Assembly: GCA_963823655.1 (NCBI GenBank)
Contig: CAWGMK010000010.1
Coordinates: 320,001-384,000 of the forward strand
DNA from: an uncultured Bacillota bacterium
GTDB taxonomy: Bacteria; Bacillota; DTU025; MWDF01
Length of the DNA: 64,000 nucleotides
Direction of reading: 5' to 3'
The position numbers and the translations under genes were made by a program. The notes under the pieces are model-generated. The model was not told the DNA's origin. It was given only the letters and a program-made list of their open reading frames with translations, and searched no databases. Positions 8,679 through 17,399 of this stretch are shown here, one piece after another. Position 1 is the stretch's first letter. Each line of letters begins with the position of its first letter.

Positions 8679-9797
8679 ATGAAGAGAACAATTCTAACCC
8701 TTGTTGTAATCGCCTTAGTAGCAAGCCTCGCGGCGATAGGCAATGCGGCCACAGTCATAAGAATCGGACTTTCTGCGCCGATAACCGGCAACTATGCCGA
8801 GTACGGCCAGAACTTCGAAGTCTCCGTAAGGATGGCAGTGGATGAGATCAACGCCAAGGGCGGCATCCGCGGCATGAAAGTCGAAGTAGTAGTCATGGAC
8901 TCAAAGAGCGACCCGAAAGAGGCCGCCCTCATAGCGCAGAAATTCGTCGACGATCCTACCATAGTAGCCGAAATCGGCGACTTCAGCAGCACAGCATGCC
9001 TGGCAGCAGCCCCGATCTATGAGCGCGCAGGCATGGTACAGCTATCACCCACAGCATCCAGCCCGCTGTTCGCGCCGTCAGGCGAGTACATGTTCGGCAT
9101 AGTAGGCACTCAGACCGACGAGGGCCCGTTCAACGCGAAGAACATCGCGCAGGACTATCTCGGTCTTAAGACGGTAGCCACCCTCTACATAAACAATGAC
9201 TGGGGCAAAGTGACCAACTCCACATTCGTAGAAGCAGCGAAGAAGATCAACCTCAACGTAGTAACCGAGCAGTTCTTCATGGACTCAGAGAAGGATTTCA
9301 CAGCAGTGCTCACCAAGATCCGCCAGCTGAACCCTGACGGAATATTCTTGGCAGCCATGTACAATGAGGCCTCAGCCATAGCCCGCCAGATCCAGAAGAT
9401 GGGCTGGAAGGTAAAGCTGTCGGCTCCCAGCTCGGTATTCTCAAGCCAGCTCATAGCGCTCGGCGGCGACGCCGTCGAAGGCCTGGTAACCAACACGTTC
9501 TTCGTACTTACCGATCCCAACCCCGTCGTCCAGAAGTACATCAAGGACTTCGAAGCAAGGGCCAAGAGATACCCCAACCTCCACGCCGCCTGCGCATATG
9601 ACGCAGCATACCTGTTGGCCGCAGCAATCGAGAAGGGTGGCCTCGATCGCAAGGCAATCAGGGATGTCCTGGCAGTGACCAAGGGCTTCAAAGGCGTCAC
9701 CGGAGAGATAACCTTCACAGCAGTTGGTGACGTCGTCCGTTCGTACAAGATACTTGCCGTCGAAAAGGGCGAGTGGGTAATCAAGAAGGACAACTAA
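8679..9797 (+). CDS. Liv/HAAT-family ABC transporter substrate-binding protein
   Basis: IRIGLSAPITG, AVDEINAKGGI and AYDAAYLL motifs; signal peptide without a lipobox. Confidence 0.92.
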   Translation: MKRTILTLVVIALVASLAAIGNAATVIRIGLSAPITGNYAEYGQNFEVSVRMAVDEINAKGGIRGMKVEVVVMDSKSDPKEAALIAQKFVDDPTIVAEIGDFSSTACLAAAPIYERAGMVQLSPTASSPLFAPSGEYMFGIVGTQTDEGPFNAKNIAQDYLGLKTVATLYINNDWGKVTNSTFVEAAKKINLNVVTEQFFMDSEKDFTAVLTKIRQLNPDGIFLAAMYNEASAIARQIQKMGWKVKLSAPSSVFSSQLIALGGDAVEGLVTNTFFVLTDPNPVVQKYIKDFEARAKRYPNLHAACAYDAAYLLAAAIEKGGLDRKAIRDVLAVTKGFKGVTGEITFTAVGDVVRSYKILAVEKGEWVIKKDN

Positions 9798-9876
9798 CAT
9801 CGATCTCGCCCAAATCCTGCGGGCAGCAGCGATCCTGCGCCCGCAGGATTCCTAATTGCAAGAAGGCGGTGAGCCA

Positions 9877-10749
9877 ATGTTCTTCCTGCAGCAACTTGTA
9901 AACGGCCTTGCCCAGGGCTCGATCTATTCCCTAATGGCAATAGGCCTCGCGATGATAATCGGTGTAGTCGGGCTGGTCAGCTTCGTAAACGGCGAAGTCA
10001 TCATGGTGGGGGCGGTTGCGTCCTACCTTGCGATCACCTACATAACCCCCAACCCGGTACTTGCTTTGCTTATGGGCATGCTGGCCTCGGCGGTCATGGG
10101 AGTGGCAGTCGAGTACATCTGCTACAGGCCTTTCAGAAGGTCGAAGACCAATAACGCGCTCATTGCGACCATCGGGCTTTCGATATTCGCAAAGAGCCTC
10201 ATGCAGGTAATATTCGGCACAGAGCAGAAGTTCATGCCGGACCTGCTGGGAACGAATGTGATAATTATCGGGGATCTGAGGATAAGCTACGTCCAGGTGA
10301 TGATAATAGCGATTGTCGTCGGCCTGAGCGTGCTTCTCCAGCTCATCCTCTACAGGACCAGGACGGGGGTAGCCCTGAGGGCCGTGTCGATGGACAAGAC
10401 GGCCGCGGCGCTTCTTGGCGTTAACGTGGACCGGACGGTCCTCATAGGTAACGCCATAGGCTGTGCGCTAGGAGGGGTATCCGGAGTCTTGATCGGCATA
10501 TACTACAATTCCGTGTACGCGCTACTGGGCGCAAGCGTGGCCATGAAGGCGTTCGCAGCCGTCGTATTCGGAGGGCTCACCAGCATACCGGGGGCCGCTC
10601 TTGGCGGGCTTGTGCTGGGAGTAGTAGAGAATATGGCCGTTACGATATTCTCATCTGGCTATAAGGATATCGTAGCGTTCATAGTGATCATCATAGTGCT
10701 AGTCATCAGGCCTTCGGGCATCCTGGGACGCAAAGGGGTGAGCATCTGA
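9877..10749 (+). CDS. livH: Liv-type ABC permease (LivH-like)
   Basis: QQLVNGLAQGSIYSLMAIG and KAFAAVVFGGLTSIPGA. Confidence 0.9.
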   Translation: MFFLQQLVNGLAQGSIYSLMAIGLAMIIGVVGLVSFVNGEVIMVGAVASYLAITYITPNPVLALLMGMLASAVMGVAVEYICYRPFRRSKTNNALIATIGLSIFAKSLMQVIFGTEQKFMPDLLGTNVIIIGDLRISYVQVMIIAIVVGLSVLLQLILYRTRTGVALRAVSMDKTAAALLGVNVDRTVLIGNAIGCALGGVSGVLIGIYYNSVYALLGASVAMKAFAAVVFGGLTSIPGAALGGLVLGVVENMAVTIFSSGYKDIVAFIVIIIVLVIRPSGILGRKGVSI

Positions 10750-10750
10750 C

Positions 10751-11731
10751 ATGAAGAGGACGAAGCTCATCTACATCGGCCTTCTGCTTGCGGCCTTGAT
10801 TCTTATCGGGGCCTTCCCGAAGTTCGCCGGGTCCAATTACATACTTAGAGTCGCAATACTGTCGATGATAAATGTGGCGCTTGTCGGCAGCCTGAACCTG
10901 GTAAACGGCTATATCGGCCAGTTCAACCTGAGCCATGTGGGCTTCTACTGCGTCGGCGCCTACACCGCAGCCATACTCTCTACCAGGTACAACTACAGCT
11001 TCTGGCTTCTGCTTCCCCTATCGGGGCTTATGGCGGCGGCAGTCAGTATGATATTGGGCGTGCCCACTTTAAGGCTCAAGGGCATATTCTTCACGATAAC
11101 GACGCTCGGCTTCTCCGAGATAATCAGGATGACGGTGCTCAACTGGGAGTCGCTCACCCGCGGGACCATGGGAATACCCGGAATACCGTTCCCGGTGCTC
11201 TTCGGCATGAAACTCAAAAGCAACGCCCAGTTCTACTGGATAATATTCGGGATAGTGATAGTGCTTTATATCAGCAATTATCTGCTCATGAACTCGAGGA
11301 TCGGCAGGGCGTGGATCGCCATCAGGGAGGACGAAGGTGCTGCCCGCTCCATGGGGGTCGAAACCTACAAGTACAAGCTGATGAACCTCGCGATTAGCGC
11401 CTTCTGGGCAGGCGTGGTCGGCTGCTTCTACTCCTTCTTCAGCGCCTACGTCAGCGCCGACAGCTTCAAGCTTGACGAGAGCTTCTCTATGGTCGCTATG
11501 CTCCTAGTCGGCGGCCAGGGCACGATGCTTGGCCCCGCGATAGGGGCTATAGTGCTTACCGTGCTGCCCGAGGTCTTCAGGAGCCTGGTTGAATACAGGC
11601 TCGTCATATTCGGAGCTGCGATAGTCCTGATGATACTGCTAAGGCCCCAGGGCATAGTCGGGGGGCTAAGGCTTGCAAACTTCCAGCTTCCTGTCACAAA
11701 AGTCGGCAGGGTAAGGAAGGGGGCGGCGTGA
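10751..11731 (+). CDS. livM: Liv-type ABC permease (LivM-like)
   Basis: SLNLVNGYIGQFNLSH and SRIGRAWIAIREDE. Confidence 0.9.
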   Translation: MKRTKLIYIGLLLAALILIGAFPKFAGSNYILRVAILSMINVALVGSLNLVNGYIGQFNLSHVGFYCVGAYTAAILSTRYNYSFWLLLPLSGLMAAAVSMILGVPTLRLKGIFFTITTLGFSEIIRMTVLNWESLTRGTMGIPGIPFPVLFGMKLKSNAQFYWIIFGIVIVLYISNYLLMNSRIGRAWIAIREDEGAARSMGVETYKYKLMNLAISAFWAGVVGCFYSFFSAYVSADSFKLDESFSMVAMLLVGGQGTMLGPAIGAIVLTVLPEVFRSLVEYRLVIFGAAIVLMILLRPQGIVGGLRLANFQLPVTKVGRVRKGAA

Positions 11732-12543
11732 TGGAGCATCAGGGAAAGGTAATACTTGAGGCAAAGGGCCTGTGCCGCTTCTTCGGCGGGCTAAAAGCCG
11801 TTAACAATGTGGATGTCAAAGTGGAAGAGGGCATGATCCACGGGATAATCGGGCCCAACGGCGCGGGCAAGACCACTTTCTTCAACGTCCTCACCGGCAC
11901 TTACCCCGCATCCGCCGGGGAAGTCCTGTATCTGGGCGATAAAATCACAAACAAAGCCCCGGAGCATATAACCCGGCTTGGCATAGCCAGGACGTTCCAG
12001 AACATCAAGCTCTTCAAGAACATGACCGTCCTGGAGAATGTGAAGATAGGCTTCCACGTCCATACGGGAACCGGGCTTGCAGACGCGCTGCTTCGCACCC
12101 CCAAATGCAGAAGGGATGAGAAGTTCGCAACCGAGAAGGGCCTCGAGATCCTGAAAAGGGTAGGGCTTGACGCCCACGCGGACGACATTGCCACGAGCCT
12201 CCCCTACGGCGACCAGCGCAGGCTCGAGATAGCAAGGGCCCTTGCGACGGCGCCGAAGCTTCTCCTCTTGGACGAGCCGGCTGCGGGTATGAACCCCATG
12301 GAGACGGCACGCCTTATGGATTTCATCAGGCAGCTAAAGGGCGAGGGCTTAACTATAGTAGTCATCGAGCACGACATGAAGCTCATCATGAATATCTGCG
12401 ACAGGATAACCGTAATCAGCTACGGCGAGAAGATCGCCGAGGGCACGGCCGCCGAAATCCAGTCGAATCCCGCTGTAATAGAGGCGTATCTGGGCAAACG
12501 CGGCAATCTCAGGGCGAGGAAGGGGGCCGTCAAGGATGCTTAA
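11731..12543 (+). CDS. livG: Liv-type ABC ATPase (LivG-like)
   Basis: GPNGAGKTT, ARTFQNI, LPYGDQRRLEIARALA and DEPAAG. Confidence 0.92.
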   Translation: MEHQGKVILEAKGLCRFFGGLKAVNNVDVKVEEGMIHGIIGPNGAGKTTFFNVLTGTYPASAGEVLYLGDKITNKAPEHITRLGIARTFQNIKLFKNMTVLENVKIGFHVHTGTGLADALLRTPKCRRDEKFATEKGLEILKRVGLDAHADDIATSLPYGDQRRLEIARALATAPKLLLLDEPAAGMNPMETARLMDFIRQLKGEGLTIVVIEHDMKLIMNICDRITVISYGEKIAEGTAAEIQSNPAVIEAYLGKRGNLRARKGAVKDA

Positions 12544-13246
12544 AGTAGAGGCCCTCAAGGTAAGATACGGGGCGATCGAAGCGGTCAAAGGCGTTGACAT
12601 ACAAGTTAACGACGGCGAGATAGTGACGCTCATCGGATCAAACGGCGCCGGCAAAAGCAGCACCCTGATGGCTATTTCGAACCTCGTAAGAAAGACCGGC
12701 AAAGTAAGCTTCGACGATACTGACATAAGCGCGCTGGAGCCGAGCCTGATAGTTAAGAAGGGCATCTGCCACGTGCCTGAAGGACGCCATATATTCCCCT
12801 TCCTGACGGTCGAGGAGAACCTTGTGATGGGGGATTTCGGCAACACCGATGGATCCAAGGACAGGGTCAAGGACAACATGGACCATGTCTTCGAACTCTT
12901 CCCCCGGCTTAAGGAAAGGCGCCGCCAGAACGGCGGAACGCTCTCGGGCGGCGAGCAGCAGATGCTTGCAATCGGCAGAGGGCTTATGATGAACCCGAAG
13001 CTCATGATGCTCGACGAGCCCTCCCTTGGGCTGGCTCCCATGCTCGTCGACCAGATATTCGAGCTGATTTTGAAGATTAGGGACCACGGGAAGACGATAC
13101 TTCTCATTGAGCAGAATGCTAACATGGCTCTCCAGATTGCTGACAGGGCATATGTTATGGAGACCGGCGTGATAAGCATGAGCGGGCCCGCTGAAGAGCT
13201 GGCCGGCGACGAGAGAGTAATCAAGGCATACCTGGGCATCAATTAA
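12536..13246 (+). CDS. livF: Liv-type ABC ATPase (LivF-like)
   Basis: GSNGAGKSS, VPEGR, LSGGEQQMLAIGR and DEPSLGLAP. Confidence 0.92.
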   Translation: MLKVEALKVRYGAIEAVKGVDIQVNDGEIVTLIGSNGAGKSSTLMAISNLVRKTGKVSFDDTDISALEPSLIVKKGICHVPEGRHIFPFLTVEENLVMGDFGNTDGSKDRVKDNMDHVFELFPRLKERRRQNGGTLSGGEQQMLAIGRGLMMNPKLMMLDEPSLGLAPMLVDQIFELILKIRDHGKTILLIEQNANMALQIADRAYVMETGVISMSGPAEELAGDERVIKAYLGIN

Positions 13247-13263
13247 CGAAAGGCGGTAAATTA

Positions 13264-13758
13264 ATGAGCATCAACAACGTAGCCAAGACCAAGGCGGACG
13301 AGAAGACACTTGATCTTAGAAACGCTTTCGAACACAGGGCGACATGGTTCTATTACCTTCTTGACGAGGCGGAGAAGGCGGGAGCAGACTGGGAGAAGAT
13401 CGGGCGCAACGCAATTTTCCGCTGCGGCTGCTTCCACGGCGACAACAAGTTTACGCCGACATCCGATCTAAAGAAGTTCGCAGGCGAGTTCGCCAACGAG
13501 AACGTGAAGAAGGTATTCGAGATGGACATCAAGGAGATGTCCGACGACAGGTTCTACGTAGAGTTCAACTTCTGCCCGCTAGTGGCGGGCTGGCTCAAGC
13601 AGACCAATGACGAGAAGAAGATCGAGACCCTCTGCGACATCGCCATGGACGGCGACCGCGGCATCATCAACGAGTTCCCGGGCTTCGAGTTCAAGCTGGG
13701 CGACACGATAGCCAAAGGCGGCAAGGTTTGCTGCGTAGAGGTAATAAAGAACAAGTAG
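13264..13758 (+). CDS. L-2-amino-thiazoline-4-carboxylic acid hydrolase family (ATC_hydrolase) protein
   Basis: 164 aa with the pattern CPLVAGW...LCDIAMDGD...TIAKGGKVC typical of this family. Confidence 0.75.
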   Translation: MSINNVAKTKADEKTLDLRNAFEHRATWFYYLLDEAEKAGADWEKIGRNAIFRCGCFHGDNKFTPTSDLKKFAGEFANENVKKVFEMDIKEMSDDRFYVEFNFCPLVAGWLKQTNDEKKIETLCDIAMDGDRGIINEFPGFEFKLGDTIAKGGKVCCVEVIKNK

Positions 13759-13764
13759 GAGTGC

Positions 13765-15054
13765 TTGATGATAACAGTAAGGGAGTATCTTAAGAGGGAA
13801 ATGATGCCCTCTTTAGGCTGCACCGAGCCCGTCGCCGTGGCGCTTGCCGCGGCGCGGGCCTATAAGGCGCTTGAAGGGCGGCCGATCGACCGCATAGAGG
13901 TCGACATCAGTGACAGCATCTACAAAAACGGGATGGGAGTCGGAGTGCCGGGAGCAAACGGCAGGACCGGAAACGGCCTTGCAGCAGTGTTGGGGGCAAT
14001 TGCCGGCGACTCGTCGCTGGATATGCAAGTACTAAGGGATGTAAACGACGACGACGTCGAAAGGGCCCTGCAGATTCTTGCCGAGGGCAGGATGCAGCTC
14101 AACTGCCTTGAGGACGTGCACGGAGTTTACATACTCGTGAAGATAAAAGCAGCAGGCCACACAGCCGAGTGCAGGATCGAAGGGGAGCACAACAATATCG
14201 TATCGGTGAAGCTGGACGGAGTACAGATGCAGGAGAGGAAACAGCCCTTGCCCGGTAAGGCCGCTGAGGCTGACCCATTCCTGGAAGTGGAGTTCGAACA
14301 GCTTCTAGAGCTTGCAGACTGCCTTGAGCCCGAGGACATAGACGCTATCATGGATGGCGTGGAGATGAACCGCAAGATCGCTGCATACGGCCTTTCCGGA
14401 GGCCCGATGTCGGGGTTGGGCGTTGGTTCGGTCTTCAAGGATTTCTTCGAGCACACCCACCTCAACGAGGACCTTCTGTTTAGAATCCGGGCTGCCTGCA
14501 GCGCGGGCTCAGATGCCAGGATGGCAGGTTGCCCTTTGCCGGTCATGACGGTAGCAGGGAGCGGAAACCAGGGGATTACCTCCATGCTTTCGGTTGCCAT
14601 GCTGGCGGAATACTACGGCAAGAGCCGTGAAGAGATAGCGAAAGCCGTGATGGTCAGCATGCTGACGACAAGCTATGTAAGAAGCGTCATAGGCAGGGTG
14701 ACACCCATGTGCGGTTGCGTTGTAGGCGCAGGTTCGGGAGCCGCAGCCGGAATGACATATTTACTCAACGGCTCGATTGACCAGATAAAGCTATCGATGC
14801 AGACGATGATGTCCAATTTGGCCGGCATAGTTTGCGACGGGGCGAAGGGCACCTGCGCGCTTCGGGTAGGGACCGCCGTTACCGAGGCCTACCTTTCAGC
14901 TCTCATGGCCTGGCACTACAAAGGCGCGAGCAACGTGGAGGGCATCGCCGGAGTGACAATGGAACAGACAGCCCATAATGTTTCCATGCTCAACAAAGAG
15001 GGCATGAAAGAGATGGACAGGCTGATAATAGACATTATGGAGGAAGGCAAGTAG
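13765..15054 (+). CDS. cyuA: UPF0597/YhaM (CyuA) Fe-S L-cysteine desulfidase-like protein
   Basis: LGCTEPVAVALA, SDARMAG, GSGNQG, MCGC and CDGAKGTCA motifs. Confidence 0.85.
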   Translation: MMITVREYLKREMMPSLGCTEPVAVALAAARAYKALEGRPIDRIEVDISDSIYKNGMGVGVPGANGRTGNGLAAVLGAIAGDSSLDMQVLRDVNDDDVERALQILAEGRMQLNCLEDVHGVYILVKIKAAGHTAECRIEGEHNNIVSVKLDGVQMQERKQPLPGKAAEADPFLEVEFEQLLELADCLEPEDIDAIMDGVEMNRKIAAYGLSGGPMSGLGVGSVFKDFFEHTHLNEDLLFRIRAACSAGSDARMAGCPLPVMTVAGSGNQGITSMLSVAMLAEYYGKSREEIAKAVMVSMLTTSYVRSVIGRVTPMCGCVVGAGSGAAAGMTYLLNGSIDQIKLSMQTMMSNLAGIVCDGAKGTCALRVGTAVTEAYLSALMAWHYKGASNVEGIAGVTMEQTAHNVSMLNKEGMKEMDRLIIDIMEEGK

Positions 15055-15081
15055 ATTGCCGCCCTCACCGGAGGACCGGAC

Positions 15082-16077
15082 ATGAAGAAGATAATCGACA
15101 GCCCGGAAAGAATAGTGGATACAATGCTCAACGGCATCGCCTTCTCTCACTCAGGGAAGGTAGCAAGGCTTGAGGGCTTCAACGTAATAGTCAGGAAGAA
15201 TCATAACGACAACAAAGTATCCCTTATAAGCGGCGGAGGATCCGGGCATGAGCCCGCGCACGCGGGCTTCGTAGGCCGCGGAATGCTGGATGCCGCAGTG
15301 GCAGGCGAGGTATTCACCTCTCCCACGCCGGACCAGGTGTTGGCTGCTTTAAAGGCAGTGGCCAGCTCAAAAGGCTCGCTACTGATCATCAAGAACTACT
15401 CGGGAGACGTAATGAACTTCGAGATGGCCGCAGAGATTGCAGAGATGGAAGGGCTCAAAGTGGCCAAAGTCATTGTAAATGACGATGTGGCCGTGATGAA
15501 CAGCACTTATACGACAGGCAGGCGCGGCATAGCGGGAACAGTGTTCGTCCATAAGGTGGCGGGGGCCAAAGCGGAGCTCGGAGGAAGCCTGGAGGAAGTA
15601 GCCGCGGTAGCCTGCAAAGTAATTGCAAACACCAGGAGCAAGGGCTGTGCGCTTGCTCCGTGCATAGTGCCCGCGGTGGGAAGGCCTACATTCACCCTTG
15701 CTGAAGACGAGATGGAAATAGGCCTTGGCATCCACGGGGAGCCGGGCGTAAAGCGTGTCTCCATGATGAGCGCAGAACAGATAGCCCAGGATCTTGCAGG
15801 CTCCTGCGCCGACGACCTAAAGCTTACAGACGGCGAATCGGTGGCGGTCCTGATAAACGGGCTCGGATCGACGCCCCTTATGGAGCTCTATATTCTTGCC
15901 GCCAGGGTTGGCGATTACCTCAAAGCAATTGGAGTTAGCGCCCCAAGGGTTTACGTCAAGGAGTTCATGACATCGCTTGAGATGGCAGGCGCCTCCGTAA
16001 GCCTGATGAGGCTGGATGATGAGATATTATGCCTTCTGGACAAGCCCTGCGATACGCCCGCCTGGACGCAGTTCTAG
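15082..16077 (+). CDS. dhaK: Dihydroxyacetone kinase substrate-binding subunit, canonical copy 2
   Basis: GGGSGHEPAH, GEVFTSPTPDQ, KNYSGDVMNF and GIHGEPG. Confidence 0.95.
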   Translation: MKKIIDSPERIVDTMLNGIAFSHSGKVARLEGFNVIVRKNHNDNKVSLISGGGSGHEPAHAGFVGRGMLDAAVAGEVFTSPTPDQVLAALKAVASSKGSLLIIKNYSGDVMNFEMAAEIAEMEGLKVAKVIVNDDVAVMNSTYTTGRRGIAGTVFVHKVAGAKAELGGSLEEVAAVACKVIANTRSKGCALAPCIVPAVGRPTFTLAEDEMEIGLGIHGEPGVKRVSMMSAEQIAQDLAGSCADDLKLTDGESVAVLINGLGSTPLMELYILAARVGDYLKAIGVSAPRVYVKEFMTSLEMAGASVSLMRLDDEILCLLDKPCDTPAWTQF

Positions 16078-16090
16078 GCAGGTGGATAGG

Positions 16091-16732
16091 ATGCAGATTA
16101 CTTCCAAAGACCTAATAAAGATGCTTGAGGCGATGCGCCAAACCATCGCCGGGCACAAAGATTACCTTACGGAGCTAGACGCTGCGATCGGAGACGCGGA
16201 CCACGGGATAAACATGGACAGGGGGTTCGCAGCCGTCGTGGCCAAGCTAGTGACCCTCGAGGGCGCATGCTGCGGCACTGTGCTCAAGACGGCCGGGATG
16301 ACTTTGCTTTCCACTGTAGGCGGGGCGTCCGGGCCATTGTACGGCACGGCATTCATGTATGCGGGCAACGCTGTCATGGGAAAGTACGAGCTCGGAGCCG
16401 AGGATGCGGCAAAGGCGGTCGACGCTGCAGTCCAGGGCGTCATGAAAAGAGGCTCTGCCGTGGCGGGCGATAAGACTATGGTGGACACGCTGCTTCCGGT
16501 CTCGCAGTATATGGGCAGCGAGGAGTATCTAAAGGCAGATAGCTTCGATGCGATGCAGAAGGTGCTTATGATCGCTGAAGACGGCATGAACTCGACGGGA
16601 GGGCTTACTGCAAAGCGCGGCAGGGCGAGCTTTCTAGGAGAGCGCAGCGCAGGGCACCTGGATCCGGGCGCCGTTTCCAGCTACCTTCTTATAGGCGCCG
16701 CAGTGCGCCTTCTGGGCGGTGATCGCTTTTGA
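16091..16732 (+). CDS. dhaL: Dihydroxyacetone kinase ADP-binding subunit, copy 2
   Basis: LDAAIGDADHG, VGGASGPLYG, GDKTMVD and GRASFLGERSAGHLDPGA. Confidence 0.95.
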   Translation: MQITSKDLIKMLEAMRQTIAGHKDYLTELDAAIGDADHGINMDRGFAAVVAKLVTLEGACCGTVLKTAGMTLLSTVGGASGPLYGTAFMYAGNAVMGKYELGAEDAAKAVDAAVQGVMKRGSAVAGDKTMVDTLLPVSQYMGSEEYLKADSFDAMQKVLMIAEDGMNSTGGLTAKRGRASFLGERSAGHLDPGAVSSYLLIGAAVRLLGGDRF

Positions 16733-17121
16733 TCGGCATACTGATAGTGTCCCACAGCAGGAAAGTCGCCGAAGGCGCAAGGGAAATGGCCCTTGCGATG
16801 ACCGGAGGGGAAGTTGAGATAATCGCCGCCGGCGGAACGGCAGACGGTGGGCTTGGCACGGATTACGAGGCGATTTTCAATGGCATGAGCAAGCTTGCCG
16901 CATGTGGCGGGGGAGCAGTCCTCATGGACCTCGGAAGCGCTGTAATGAGCGTGCAGGCGGCGCTTGAGCAGTTGGGGGACGACCGAGACAAGATCGTTCT
17001 ACTGGATGCCCCATTGGTTGAAGGGGCCGTCGTAGTGGCCGTACAGGCATCGCTTGGCAGCGGCTTAGCGGAGCTTAAAGAAGTAGCCCAAGGGGCTTGG
17101 GGAATGCGCAAGCTAATTTAA
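16729..17121 (+). CDS. dhaM: PTS-dependent DHA kinase phosphotransfer subunit (EIIA-Man-like)
   Basis: IVSHS, AAGGT, MDLGSAVMS and APLVEGA. Confidence 0.93.
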   Translation: MIGILIVSHSRKVAEGAREMALAMTGGEVEIIAAGGTADGGLGTDYEAIFNGMSKLAACGGGAVLMDLGSAVMSVQAALEQLGDDRDKIVLLDAPLVEGAVVVAVQASLGSGLAELKEVAQGAWGMRKLI

Positions 17122-17133
17122 GGAGGGCCCGTT

Positions 17134-17397
17134 TTGCTGGAGAAAACCGTAGTAGTAGGCGGCAAGGAGGGCCTTCACGCAAGGCCTGCGGCTGCTTTTG
17201 TCAAGGCGGCATCGAAGTTCAAATGCAAGGTCTCCTTGAACCATAAGGGCAGAAGCATAAACGCCAAGAGCACTATAGACATGATGATGTCTGCAGCATC
17301 CGAGGGGGATCTGATCATCATCCGAACTGACGGCGAGGACGAAGAAGCCGCCATGGGCAGCCTGTCCATTCTTATCGAAGGAAAGGCCGGTCAATAG
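17134..17397 (+). CDS. ptsH: Phosphocarrier HPr
   Basis: GLHARPAA (His15) and NAKS (Ser46). Confidence 0.93.
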   Translation: MLEKTVVVGGKEGLHARPAAAFVKAASKFKCKVSLNHKGRSINAKSTIDMMMSAASEGDLIIIRTDGEDEEAAMGSLSILIEGKAGQ

Positions 17398-17399
17398 CC

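Noticed and set aside
12349-13242. Long antisense ORFs (e.g. 12349-13242, 17372-18301, 50900-51640)
   Set aside because: They are shadows of well-supported genes on the opposite strand, expected with this codon bias, and show no recognisable motifs.
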